Assembly (NCBI GenBank): GCA_041740355.1
Contig: JBGSMD010000030.1
Coordinates: 120,994 to 184,993, forward strand
Origin: Bdellovibrionota bacterium
Lineage (GTDB): Bacteria; Bdellovibrionota_C; UBA2361; CALJRW01
Length of the DNA: 64,000 nt
Direction: 5' to 3'
Part shown: one piece after another, positions 18,573 through 28,530 of the stretch
How the letters are laid out: every line of letters starts with the position of its first letter
How positions within the stretch are numbered: the first letter of the stretch is position 1
The notes under the pieces: model-generated
The model's database searches: none
What the model was told of the DNA's origin: nothing
What the model saw: only the letters and a program-made list of their open reading frames with translations
Program-made: the position numbers and the translations under genes

Positions 18573-19841
18573 ATGTCTGTTGCTTCATCTTCTGCTGCTA
18601 TCTTAGAGCCTACTACGGAAATTGGATCCGAACGGATCATTGATATTTCGCTTCATACAAATTCTGGACTTCGATTTGCTTCCGGCATGCAACAATCCTT
18701 TGTTGAAGATCGCTTCACCCTTCGTTCTGGACAAGTAGTTGCGGCAGAACTTAATTATCGACTCTATCACAACGAACAAGGGAATCCTTGGGAAAAAGAA
18801 ATTGTTATTGTTCATTCGGCATTAACTGGATCGGCGAAGGCATTTACAAAAGGTCCTGCAACTCAGGGTGATGGTTGGGCCAACATGATGAGCGATCTGC
18901 CAAAATTCAACTTAGATAAATACACCGTATTAGTAGCCGAACCACTAGCTGGTAATGCTCAAGGGTTAAGTAAAGAGCATTGTTGTTCGGGTCGGGATTT
19001 TCATTTTAAATACCCAGAAGTTCAAACAACTAGTTATGATGCCGTGGCACTAATCAGCAAATTATTACAGTCAAAAGGCTTGGATGAAGTTCATAATATT
19101 TCCTGTTTTTCTATGGGAGGCATTAATTTGCCAGCTTGGTTAGCTCAAGATGCGATCAAGGTACGAGAGATTGATAATCATTTTAGTAATTATCAACTTA
19201 CTCCCGAAACTAGAGCATATTGGAAGATTCAACTGGATCTATTAACTGTGGGAGCAGAAGCGCCAAATTTTGCAAAAATTTCTGAGCGATTAGCCAAGAA
19301 TTTTGGTTTTGAGCTAGAGAGCTTAGGAGATTTTGTGATTAATTCTCCATTTAATGCCTGTATCTATAGTTTAGCAGGTAGGGTTCAGCAGTTACAAAAA
19401 GTGTATGAAAGCTCAGATACAGCGGAATACTTAAATGAAGCCTTAAAGGTTGTTCGTGGGATTTCATTTTTAAGATTTCAGACTAGAGAGAACTATGATT
19501 GTCGTAAGACTGGAAGTTGTTTGGATTTCTTAGAGAGTCAAGGTGATAGTTTTCCAGCAAGAATGGATCCCTACAACTATGCTTCTTTGTTAAGACAGAT
19601 GCTTGATAAATCATTTGATACGCCTAAGCAATTACAAGCACTGAAGGAAGCAAAAGAAGATCGACCAGTAATTACATATATTATGTCAGGAAATGAATTA
19701 TTATTTCCAAGACCATTTAATTGCCCAGAGGCAACTAGGCTGGCGGATCAAACTGTAGTCTTAAAAACTGAAGATTGGGGACATGATTTCTTTCTATCTC
19801 CACAGTATTCTAGTACCTTGCGATCTTTTATGCGCAAATAA
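18573..19841 (+). CDS. Divergent homoserine O-acyltransferase (MetX)-like alpha/beta hydrolase
   Basis: HSALTGS, GDGW, SCFSMGG (nucleophile), ARMDPYNY, GNELLFP, WGHDFFL follow the MetX motif order; SAM riboswitch upstream. ATG 18573 preferred to TTG 18543. Confidence 0.72.
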   Translation: MSVASSSAAILEPTTEIGSERIIDISLHTNSGLRFASGMQQSFVEDRFTLRSGQVVAAELNYRLYHNEQGNPWEKEIVIVHSALTGSAKAFTKGPATQGDGWANMMSDLPKFNLDKYTVLVAEPLAGNAQGLSKEHCCSGRDFHFKYPEVQTTSYDAVALISKLLQSKGLDEVHNISCFSMGGINLPAWLAQDAIKVREIDNHFSNYQLTPETRAYWKIQLDLLTVGAEAPNFAKISERLAKNFGFELESLGDFVINSPFNACIYSLAGRVQQLQKVYESSDTAEYLNEALKVVRGISFLRFQTRENYDCRKTGSCLDFLESQGDSFPARMDPYNYASLLRQMLDKSFDTPKQLQALKEAKEDRPVITYIMSGNELLFPRPFNCPEATRLADQTVVLKTEDWGHDFFLSPQYSSTLRSFMRK

Positions 19842-19967
19842 TTTCTTAGCAGTAGTTAATCGTTGTAACTAGGATTGTTTAGTATCTACGCTTTCAGTAA
19901 GGTATGCTCTAAGCCGTTCGGTATAAGCTAATCTGTTTTAGTAGGCACTCTCAAGAAAAAAGTTAAA

Positions 19968-20642
19968 ATGTTAGAAAGAATTTATCCCCTGTTAGAAAAC
20001 GCCTTATACATTATTCCACCCCTATTGGTTGCAATGGTGTTGCATGAAGTTGCCCATGCCTATATTGCTTATCGATTGGGTGATCCAACTGCGAAGAATT
20101 TAAATCGGCTCAATTTAAATCCAATTGTACACATTGATCCAATCTGGACATTACTCGTTCCAGGATTATTAATTTTAAGTAGTTCTCCCTTTGTCTTTGG
20201 CGCTGCTAAGCCAGTTCCTGTTGATCCGAGATATTTTAAAGATCCACGACGGGGGATGATGTGGGTAGCGATTGCTGGACCAATTATCAATTTTATTCTC
20301 GCAATAATTTCAGCATTGTTATTTTTCTTAGCAATTTTAGTAGTTCCGGAAGATTTCTATTTAGCGAAGTTAATCTTTACTTGGTTGGTATATAGCGTCA
20401 TGATTAATTTGGTTTTGGGGTTATTTAATTTACTTCCAATTCCACCACTTGATGGTGGTAGGATTATGGTTGGGATTTTACCCCTAAAACTTGCCATTAA
20501 ATATGCTCAAATTGAACGCTTTGGATTTATTCTAGTGATAGCTTTAATCTATTTTAAAGTTCCAGAAATGTTCCTTGGACCTGTTCTAGATTGGGTTCAG
20601 AAGATGCTTTTTTTGATTGCTAGTAATGGAATTCCTGCTTAA
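19968..20642 (+). CDS. Site-2 protease family (M50) membrane metalloprotease
   Basis: LHEVAH, AIAGP, FNLLPIPPLDGG. Confidence 0.93.
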   Translation: MLERIYPLLENALYIIPPLLVAMVLHEVAHAYIAYRLGDPTAKNLNRLNLNPIVHIDPIWTLLVPGLLILSSSPFVFGAAKPVPVDPRYFKDPRRGMMWVAIAGPIINFILAIISALLFFLAILVVPEDFYLAKLIFTWLVYSVMINLVLGLFNLLPIPPLDGGRIMVGILPLKLAIKYAQIERFGFILVIALIYFKVPEMFLGPVLDWVQKMLFLIASNGIPA

Positions 20643-20727
20643 TCACAGGAATCGTTTCTCTCTTTTATTAGATGAAGTAGCATTAAGTCTCAAAACCTAA
20701 TCAAGTTGTTGATTTATAAGCGAAAAT

Positions 20728-20736
20728 TGCTAAACT
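20728..20736 (+). promoter_or_regulatory. Extended -10 element 6 nt upstream of the ilvB ATG (candidate leaderless promoter)
   Basis: TGcTAAACT followed by gtatcg and ATG 20743; no Shine-Dalgarno. Confidence 0.45.
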
Positions 20737-20742
20737 GTATCG

Positions 20743-22431
20743 ATGTCAAAAATTTCAGGGTCTGAAGCCCTTATTAAATCATTATTAGCGGAAGATGTTA
20801 AAACTATTTTCGGCTACCCAGGTGGTGCAATCATGCCAATTTATGATGCCCTTTATGACTATCAAGATCAAATTAAACATATTCTAGTCCGGCACGAACA
20901 AGCTGCTGCCCATGCGGCAGAAGGGTTTGCTCGAATGACAGGAACTCCGGGAGTATGTTTTGCAACATCCGGTCCTGGGGCTACAAATTTAGTTACCGGC
21001 ATTGCTGACGCTATGATGGATTCAGTGCCAATAGTTTGTATTACTGGACAAGTTGCTAGCAGTTCACTTGGAACGGATGCTTTTCAAGAAACAGATGTAA
21101 TTGGAATTACAATCCCAATTACAAAATGGAATTATCAAGTAAGCCGTGCTGCTGAAATTCCAGAAATTATTGCGAAAGCTTTTTACATAGCTAAGAGTGG
21201 ACGACCTGGACCGGTTCTTGTTGATATCACTAAAGATGCTCAGTTTGAATTGATTGAGAATTTCTCTTATCAGCGAATGGAAAAGCATCCAACTTATTTT
21301 TTACCTCCTGCTCCAAAAGAGTCATTGCTAGCAGAAGCTGCCAAGCTAATTAATAGTGCTGAGCGACCACTGATTTTAGCAGGGCACGGAATCTTAATTT
21401 CTAAAGCAGAGAAAGCTTTAGTTGAATTTGCTGAGAAATCGGGCATTCCTGTTGCTTGTACATTACATGGACTGTCTTCATTTCCTACTGGTCATGCCAA
21501 TTACGTTGGCATGCTTGGAATGCATGGAAATTACGGACCAAATTATCTGTGCAACGAAGCCGATGTAGTAATTGCCGTGGGAATGCGCTTTGACGATCGT
21601 GTTACAGGCAAAGTTGATTCTTACTTACCTAACTCTAAAATCATTCATATCGAGATTGATGTCGCCGAGATTGATAAAGTTAAAAGAGCAGAAATTGCGA
21701 TTTGTGCTGATGCTAAAGTTGCCTTGGTTGGATTAACAAAGGTAGTCAACCAAAAAACTTATTCCACATGGATGCAGAAATTTAAAGCTTGTTATGAGGA
21801 AGAATATAAAGAAGTAATTGGTGAAGCCGTCAATTATAAAGGGGACAAGCCTCGAATGGTTCAAACAATTCATATGCTGTCTGAGAAAACTGAAGGCAAG
21901 GCGGTAATTGTAGGGGATGTTGGACAACATCAAATGATGGCCGCAAGATACTACCAGTATCAATTACCAGATAGTTGGATTACATCCGGTGGTCTTGGAA
22001 CAATGGGCTTTGCTTTGCCAGCTGCGATGGGGGCAAAAGTTGCAACCGATCGAGAGGTCATTGCAATAATTGGTGACGGTTGCTTTCAAATGACAATTCA
22101 GGAATTAGCTACTTTAGCCCAAGATGATATTGCTGTGAAAGTAATAGTTCTTAATAATAATTTCCTAGGTATGGTTCGACAGTGGCAGGAATTATTTTTT
22201 CAGAAGCGATATTCTTTTGTAGAATTAAAAAATCCAAATTTTGTGATGGTTGCTGAAGGGATGGGAGTTACCGCTAGTAAAGTGACTGATAGCTCCCAAT
22301 TGTCTGAAGCGCTAGATGTAATGCTTGCTCACAAAGGTCCGTACGTTCTAGAAGTTGTTGTAGAACGTGAAGATAATGTTTTTCCAATGGTGCCGGCTGG
22401 ACAGGGAGTTCGGGATATTCGTTTAAAATAA
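20743..22431 (+). CDS. ilvB: Acetolactate synthase large subunit
   Basis: FGYPGGAI, RHEQ, TSGPGATN, GMLGMHG, GMRFDDRVTG, DVGQHQM, GDGCFQM, GMVRQWQ. Confidence 0.97.
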   Translation: MSKISGSEALIKSLLAEDVKTIFGYPGGAIMPIYDALYDYQDQIKHILVRHEQAAAHAAEGFARMTGTPGVCFATSGPGATNLVTGIADAMMDSVPIVCITGQVASSSLGTDAFQETDVIGITIPITKWNYQVSRAAEIPEIIAKAFYIAKSGRPGPVLVDITKDAQFELIENFSYQRMEKHPTYFLPPAPKESLLAEAAKLINSAERPLILAGHGILISKAEKALVEFAEKSGIPVACTLHGLSSFPTGHANYVGMLGMHGNYGPNYLCNEADVVIAVGMRFDDRVTGKVDSYLPNSKIIHIEIDVAEIDKVKRAEIAICADAKVALVGLTKVVNQKTYSTWMQKFKACYEEEYKEVIGEAVNYKGDKPRMVQTIHMLSEKTEGKAVIVGDVGQHQMMAARYYQYQLPDSWITSGGLGTMGFALPAAMGAKVATDREVIAIIGDGCFQMTIQELATLAQDDIAVKVIVLNNNFLGMVRQWQELFFQKRYSFVELKNPNFVMVAEGMGVTASKVTDSSQLSEALDVMLAHKGPYVLEVVVEREDNVFPMVPAGQGVRDIRLK

Positions 22432-22443
22432 AAATATATTCTT

Positions 22444-22971
22444 ATGATGGAAAATACCAAAGACAGATTATTTACAATTTCTGCCTATACTGAAAATAGT
22501 CCTGGGGTACTGCAAAGAATTGCTACTTCTTTTACAAAAAGAAAAATTAACATTGAAACACTAACAGTCTCCGAAACATCGCAGCCAGGATTGTCTTTGT
22601 TCACAATCACGGCTTATATCGATCCTAAAATTGTTCCAACAATTGTTAAGCAAATTGAAAGAATTATTGAAGTTCGCAAAGCATTTGCCTGTGATGACGA
22701 AAATCTAATTTTTGTGGAAGTTGCTTTAATACGGGTCAATCGCAAGGAGCAGTCGGATTTGACTAAAGTTGAAGCTATTGCCAAAGCGCACGAAGCCCAG
22801 GTAGTTTATAGTGATGAAGAAACAATAGTCGTCGAAACTTATGGGAAAGAGGCAGACACAAAAGCGATTTATAATGAACTTAAAGCCTTTGAGGTTTTAC
22901 AGTTTGTAAGAAGTGGAAGAATTGCCCTTCGAAAAAAATATCAAAGCATTTACGTTAACGATAACGAATAA
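22444..22971 (+). CDS. ilvN: Acetolactate synthase small (regulatory) subunit
   Basis: ENSPGVLQRI...KRKINIETLTV ACT domain, VRSGRIAL; directly after ilvB. Confidence 0.93.
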   Translation: MMENTKDRLFTISAYTENSPGVLQRIATSFTKRKINIETLTVSETSQPGLSLFTITAYIDPKIVPTIVKQIERIIEVRKAFACDDENLIFVEVALIRVNRKEQSDLTKVEAIAKAHEAQVVYSDEETIVVETYGKEADTKAIYNELKAFEVLQFVRSGRIALRKKYQSIYVNDNE

Positions 22972-23006
22972 GTTGTCCGTTCTATTAATACTAAAATAAA
23001 AACCAC

Positions 23007-24683
23007 ATGAAACTTAATAAGTATTCTTCACGTTTAACAGAAGTAAAATCGCAAGGCGCTTCCCAAGCAATGTTGCTGGGCACTGGATTAACATTAAGTG
23101 ATCTGGAAAAAGCTCAAGTAGGTATTGCCTCAGTTTGGTATGAGGGAAATACCTGTAATATGCACTTAAATGATTTAGCTATCGAAGTTAAAAAAGGTGT
23201 TACGAAAGCAGATTTAGTGGGAATGCGTTTTAATACTATTGGAGTTAGTGACGGAATTTCGATGGGGACTGATGGAATGAGTTACTCATTACAGTCACGA
23301 GATTTAATTGCTGATTCAATTGAAACTGTAATGTCAGCTCAGTGGTATGATGGCTTAATTACTATTCCAGGCTGCGATAAAAATATGCCCGGATGTATCA
23401 TGGCCATGGCTCGTTTAGATCGACCATCTATTATGGTTTATGGTGGAACGATTAAAGCTGGATGTACTAAAAAATACGATAAGCTTGATGTGGTTTCAGC
23501 TTTTCAAAGTTATGGTGAATTGTTAGCTGGAAAAATTGATGAAACCGAGCGGAATGATATCTTAAGATCTTCTTGTCCTGGGGCTGGAGCTTGTGGAGGG
23601 ATGTACACTGCAAACACGATGTCTAGTGCGATTGAGGCGATGGGCATGAGCTTACCCTATAGCTCGTCGACGCCGGCTGCTACAGAGCAAAAAATCCAAG
23701 AATGTATTGCGGCAGGTATACAGATCAAAAAATTATTGGAATTAGATCTAAAACCTTCTCAAATTATGACTCGCCAAGCTTTTGAAAATGCCATGGTAGT
23801 AATTATGGCGACAGGCGGCTCTACAAATGCAGTCTTACATTTGATTGCAATGGCAAAGGCTATAGGTGTTAATTTAACAATTGATGATTTCCAAAAAGTT
23901 AGTGATCGCATCCCATTTATTGCCGACTTAAAACCAAGTGGAAAATATGTGATGGAAGATTTACATGCCGTGGGTGGAATTCCTGCTGTTATGAAATTGT
24001 TACTAGCCGAAGGATTAATTGATGGTAGTTGCTTAACTGTCACAGGTAAAACTATTGCCGAGAATTTAGCAGAGTTGCCCGGGTTATCGGAAGGACAAAA
24101 AATCATCACTTCGATTCAGCAACCAATTCAATCTAAGGGGCACTTAAAAATCCTTAAAGGAAACTTAGCGCCGGAAGGATCTGTTGCTAAGATTACTGGC
24201 AAAGAAGGAGATTATTTTAAAGGTCCTGCAAAAGTCTACTACCAAGAAGAAGCAATGTTAAAAGCTTTGGAAGAAAAGAAAATCCAAAAAGGTGATGTAA
24301 TTGTTATTCGTTATGAAGGTCCGAAAGGTGGACCTGGTATGCCAGAGATGCTGACCCCAACTTCGGCAGTTATGGGAGCAGGGTTAGGTAATGATGTTGC
24401 CCTTATAACCGACGGAAGATTCTCAGGTGGATCTCATGGATTCATCATCGGTCATATCTGTCCTGAAGCTCAAGAAGGCGGGCCAATTGCTCTAATTGAA
24501 GAAGGTGATGTGATAACAATTGATGCTAGAAATTTAACGATCTCAGTTGATCTAGCAGATGAAATATTAGCCACGAGACGTGCTAAATGGCAAATGCCAG
24601 CATATTTAGCAACGAAAGGCACACTATTTAAATATATTAAAACAGTTAAGTCCTCTAGTCAGGGATGTGTCACTGACGAATAG
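23007..24683 (+). CDS. ilvD: Dihydroxy-acid dehydratase
   Basis: [59 protein letters not shown]. Confidence 0.97.
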   Translation: MKLNKYSSRLTEVKSQGASQAMLLGTGLTLSDLEKAQVGIASVWYEGNTCNMHLNDLAIEVKKGVTKADLVGMRFNTIGVSDGISMGTDGMSYSLQSRDLIADSIETVMSAQWYDGLITIPGCDKNMPGCIMAMARLDRPSIMVYGGTIKAGCTKKYDKLDVVSAFQSYGELLAGKIDETERNDILRSSCPGAGACGGMYTANTMSSAIEAMGMSLPYSSSTPAATEQKIQECIAAGIQIKKLLELDLKPSQIMTRQAFENAMVVIMATGGSTNAVLHLIAMAKAIGVNLTIDDFQKVSDRIPFIADLKPSGKYVMEDLHAVGGIPAVMKLLLAEGLIDGSCLTVTGKTIAENLAELPGLSEGQKIITSIQQPIQSKGHLKILKGNLAPEGSVAKITGKEGDYFKGPAKVYYQEEAMLKALEEKKIQKGDVIVIRYEGPKGGPGMPEMLTPTSAVMGAGLGNDVALITDGRFSGGSHGFIIGHICPEAQEGGPIALIEEGDVITIDARNLTISVDLADEILATRRAKWQMPAYLATKGTLFKYIKTVKSSSQGCVTDE

Positions 24684-24759
24684 ATAGAGAGTAAGGAAAT
24701 TACTAGATCTTATGTCTGATTGTTGGCAACTTAATGATTTTAAATAATACATCAGCAAT

Positions 24760-25308
24760 ATGAAACTTAGAATACTACTTAATCTTTTAATCCTTATGCT
24801 TGTTAATCCCTTATATGCTGAAACGAAATTTTATGATTTATCAGCTAAGTTAGGAGACGGAACTATCAAGAGTTTATCTGACTACAAAGGTCAAGTTGTC
24901 TTGATAGTAAATACTGCATCAAATTGTGGATTTACTTCGCAGTATGAAGGGCTCCAAGAAATTTATTTGAAGTATAAAGATCAAGGCTTTGTAGTGTTAG
25001 GTTTTCCATCGAATGATTTTGGAGGACAAGAACCAGGGTCAAATGAAGAAATTGCTCAATTTTGTCAGAGTAAATTCAATGTAACCTTCCCACTGTTTGA
25101 AAAAAGTGTTGTTAAAGGCGATGAGAAGACAGATTTGTTTACTTTCTTAACTGAGTACGCCAATCCTAATCTTGTTGGCGGAATTAAATGGAACTTTGAA
25201 AAGTTTTTAATTGGAAAGAATGGTCAACTAATTGAAAGATTTGGTTCAATGACTGGGCCTAATAGTTCAAAAATTATCAATTTGATTGAATCAGAATTAA
25301 AAAAATAA
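24760..25308 (+). CDS. Glutathione peroxidase family protein with signal peptide
   Basis: VNTASNCGFT, LGFPSNDFGGQEPG, KWNFEKFL; Cys-type. Confidence 0.93.
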   Translation: MKLRILLNLLILMLVNPLYAETKFYDLSAKLGDGTIKSLSDYKGQVVLIVNTASNCGFTSQYEGLQEIYLKYKDQGFVVLGFPSNDFGGQEPGSNEEIAQFCQSKFNVTFPLFEKSVVKGDEKTDLFTFLTEYANPNLVGGIKWNFEKFLIGKNGQLIERFGSMTGPNSSKIINLIESELKK

Positions 25309-25495
25309 ACTTCCCCCACAACTTAGATCCTCAGCTAGCGATTAGTTTTCTAGCTAAAGCTATAATAGCCCGAACGAAATAAGTTATTTGGTCGGATTGC
25401 TAGTATTTCTAAGCACTTACCTCCTTTTGATTATAACTTTTATTGGAATAGAGATTTTTCTCAGGCAGAAATGCATGAATTTTGATTTAAAATAC

Positions 25496-25524
25496 TTGCA
25501 AAAAGAAATGTGAAAAGTTAAGAT
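25496..25524 (+). promoter_or_regulatory. Sigma70-like promoter of the AbiE operon, predicted leaderless
   Basis: TTGCAA (25496-501), 17 bp, TAAGAT (25519-24), 6 nt, ATG 25531. Confidence 0.55.
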
Positions 25525-25530
25525 TAGGAT

Positions 25531-26115
25531 ATGAAAGTTAGTAGTGAGCAAAAATTATATGCAGCAATGAAAGAGGGCAGAGTTTATCGTCGTGAAGAGC
25601 TTTTAAATTTTTCTAAGGCATTGGATCGTGATTTAGATAAGTTGGTGAGTGAGAGTTTTCTTCGCAAGCCTCATGCTGGTCTTTATTATCGACCAAAAAA
25701 ATCAAAATGGGGAGAGGTGCCTGCTGAAGATGGGGAATTAGTGCGCGCATTTTTAAAAACAACAGATTTTTTATTAACTTCTTCTAATGATTATAATCAT
25801 CTTCCACTTGGATTAACTCAGCTTAGTAATGTAGTGACAGTATATAATCGCAAACGTTTGGGACGCTTTAAGCTAGGCACAACAGTTTTCGATTTTCGTA
25901 AACCAGTGAATTATCCAAAGAAGTTAGATACCGAATATTTATATGTTGATTTGTTAAATAACTTAGAGGCCTTGCCGGAATATTCCGCTGAGTTAGATCT
26001 AAAAATAAAAACATCTTTGTTAGATCTTTCTGTACAAAAGTTACTCAAGTACGCCGAGTTATATGGGAAAAGAAGCACACAAAAAAAATTAAATTATCTT
26101 TTAGAGTATGCCTAA
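25531..26115 (+). CDS. Putative AbiEi-like antitoxin / transcriptional regulator
   Basis: N-terminal winged-HTH-like GRVYRREEL...GLYYRP, YNHLPLGLTQL; overlaps the start of the downstream nucleotidyltransferase. Confidence 0.75.
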   Translation: MKVSSEQKLYAAMKEGRVYRREELLNFSKALDRDLDKLVSESFLRKPHAGLYYRPKKSKWGEVPAEDGELVRAFLKTTDFLLTSSNDYNHLPLGLTQLSNVVTVYNRKRLGRFKLGTTVFDFRKPVNYPKKLDTEYLYVDLLNNLEALPEYSAELDLKIKTSLLDLSVQKLLKYAELYGKRSTQKKLNYLLEYA

Positions 26116-27058
26116 GAAAAAGTTTCTACATGAGGATTCTAGTTTTAGGGAATTAATCAGTATCGTTGCTGAGCAAAAGGGAATGTTACCATTTCTAATC
26201 GAGAAAGATTATTGGTTAATGCATTGCCTATGGGGACTGCAAGAAGCAAGCTTTAAATTTGAATTAAAAGGTGGGACTTCACTTTCCAAGGGCTTTAAGT
26301 TAATTGATCGTTTTTCAGAAGATGTTGATATTAGAATAGAGCCTCCAGCAAGCTTGAAAGTAAAATGTGGGAAAAATCATAATAAGCCAGATCATCTTGA
26401 ATCAAGAAGAGACTTTTTTAGTTGGATAGTAAGCACTTTAAAAATTCCTGGAATTATTTCGATAGTGAGAGATCTGGATTTTGATGATGATAAGCTCAGA
26501 AATGGTGGAATTAGGTTAAATTATCAAAGTTATTTTACGGAAGTTTCCGTTATTAAACCGTTTGTTTTATTAGAAGTAGGGTTTGATGAAATTACTCCTA
26601 CTGAAGCACATGATATTTCATCTTGGGCTTGTGAATATGCTTTTTCCCTTGATGATAAATTCGTTGATAACCGAGCAAGACAAATTAAATGTTATCTTCC
26701 TGAATATACATTGATTGAAAAGCTTGACGCCGTAATTCGTCGATTCCATAAGGAGCAAAAAACTGGAGTGATGCCTAAGAATTTTCTTCGCCATTATTAC
26801 GATATCTATTGTCTTTTACAGTCAGAGAGAGTTCGCCACTTTATTAAAAGTAACGACTATCAAAATATTAAGGCAACTCGAATGACTAGTGAGTTAGGAT
26901 TCGATTTGTCTAGAGAAGAAGCATTCTTGCTAGGTAATCGGGATGCTCGTGAGCGATATAAAATGAGATTTAATCAAATTAAGGATTTTTTCTATAAAGA
27001 ACCCCCAGAGTTTGAGGAGATTTTAACAGAAATCCAAAAATATTTACCTAAGCTCTAA
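26108..27058 (+). CDS. AbiEii/AbiGii-family nucleotidyltransferase toxin (type IV TA)
   Basis: IEKDYW, LKGGTSLSK, IDRFSEDVD, TLIEKL, RHYYDI. Confidence 0.9.
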   Translation: MPKKKFLHEDSSFRELISIVAEQKGMLPFLIEKDYWLMHCLWGLQEASFKFELKGGTSLSKGFKLIDRFSEDVDIRIEPPASLKVKCGKNHNKPDHLESRRDFFSWIVSTLKIPGIISIVRDLDFDDDKLRNGGIRLNYQSYFTEVSVIKPFVLLEVGFDEITPTEAHDISSWACEYAFSLDDKFVDNRARQIKCYLPEYTLIEKLDAVIRRFHKEQKTGVMPKNFLRHYYDIYCLLQSERVRHFIKSNDYQNIKATRMTSELGFDLSREEAFLLGNRDARERYKMRFNQIKDFFYKEPPEFEEILTEIQKYLPKL

Positions 27059-27104
27059 CCTAAGTGAACGATCTTATACCTTCCTGATCAATCAGGATTA
27101 AGCC

Positions 27105-28340
27105 CTAGGTGGCAGCTTGCCCAGCAATCCAACCTGTAGTCCAAGCGGACTGAAAATTAAAACCACCGGTAATCCCATCAATATCAAGCACTTCACCGGC
27201 AAAAAATAATCCTGGAACAATTTTGCTTTCCATGCGAGTGAAATCAACTTCTTTTAAATGCACTCCTCCACAGGTAACAAACTCTTCTTTAAATTTACCT
27301 TTTCCAGCAATTGAAAATGTACCTTGGGTAAGTTCAGTGGCTAAATTTTGCAATTGTTGTTTGGTAAATTCAGCCCAAGTTTGTTTATCTTTCGTAATAA
27401 TCTGATCGATTATTTTTGCCCAATAACGTTTGGGGATATTAAGAAAAGAATCAGAATGAGCTACTTGTCGTGGACTCTTTTCCTTATGATCAATTAGAAT
27501 TTTTAGGATTGATTCCCAGTTTTCTGAGGGAATAAAATTAATTTTTAATGTTGCAGAATAATCACTGATAAAAAGATCTTTGGCAGCTAAGGCAGAAAGT
27601 TTAATTGTTGCGGGACCACTAAAGCCCCAATGAGTGATTAAAACTGGACCTTGTTGCTTAAACTTGTTTCCACTTTTAGCCATTAGTTCTAACCTGATAT
27701 CAGGAAAGCTTACACCCGCTAGTTCTAATAATTTTGGATCGTTAATTTCAAAACTAAAAAGAGAGGGAACGAGATCGGTGATTGTGTGACCAAGAGATCT
27801 CGCAAGTTCTAAACTACTTTTTGTTCCTCCAGTTGTTAGAATTATCTTATCCACAGTGATTACTTCTGCCCCATTTATTGTCATTTGAAATTGATTTTGA
27901 TTGGTCCTAGTAATCTTAGTGATCTTTTGTTTTGTGCAAATATTTACTCCCAGATGTTTAGCTTTATTAATTAAACACTTAGCAATTGTTTCTGAGCTAT
28001 CGGTAATTGGAAACATACGTTTGTCTGGCTCTGTTTTTAATTCCACTCCATTCTTGGCAAACCAAGCAATGGTGTCCTTGGTGGCAAATTTAGAGAATGG
28101 GCCACGTAATTCCTTACTTCCTCTGGGATAATTCTTAATGAGATCACTAACTTCTGGAGTATTGTTAGTTACATTGCATCTTCCGCCACCAGAAATTAGT
28201 ACTTTTGCTAGCAGTTTATTTGTTGCTTCATAAATGCTAACTTCTGCCTCTGGATTGTGTTCGGCAGAGCTTAGCGCACTAAAAAATCCAGCGGCACCTC
28301 CACCGATTACAGCAATTTTTGTTTTATTAGATTCAGTCAT
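27105..28340 (-). CDS. HI0933/BaiN-family FAD-dependent oxidoreductase
   Basis: IGGGAAG, KVLISGGGRCNVTN, LITHWGFSGP, FVTCGGV, GEVLDIDGITGGFNFQ. Confidence 0.93.
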   Translation of the reverse strand: MTESNKTKIAVIGGGAAGFFSALSSAEHNPEAEVSIYEATNKLLAKVLISGGGRCNVTNNTPEVSDLIKNYPRGSKELRGPFSKFATKDTIAWFAKNGVELKTEPDKRMFPITDSSETIAKCLINKAKHLGVNICTKQKITKITRTNQNQFQMTINGAEVITVDKIILTTGGTKSSLELARSLGHTITDLVPSLFSFEINDPKLLELAGVSFPDIRLELMAKSGNKFKQQGPVLITHWGFSGPATIKLSALAAKDLFISDYSATLKINFIPSENWESILKILIDHKEKSPRQVAHSDSFLNIPKRYWAKIIDQIITKDKQTWAEFTKQQLQNLATELTQGTFSIAGKGKFKEEFVTCGGVHLKEVDFTRMESKIVPGLFFAGEVLDIDGITGGFNFQSAWTTGWIAGQAAT

Positions 28341-28530
28341 AATAACTTTTGTAATTCTAGACTATTAATAGTTTTTTCAAAAGTCTTTGCGATTATTTCG
28401 CGACGAGCATAACACTATTGATGTTATTTTTGCGGCACAAAACTGGAATCCAGTATTTGTGCTCGCTGTAAATTCAGTATGATCCTGGCAAGGATTTCTG
28501 AAATTTACTATAAGTTTTTTAAAAATAAGT

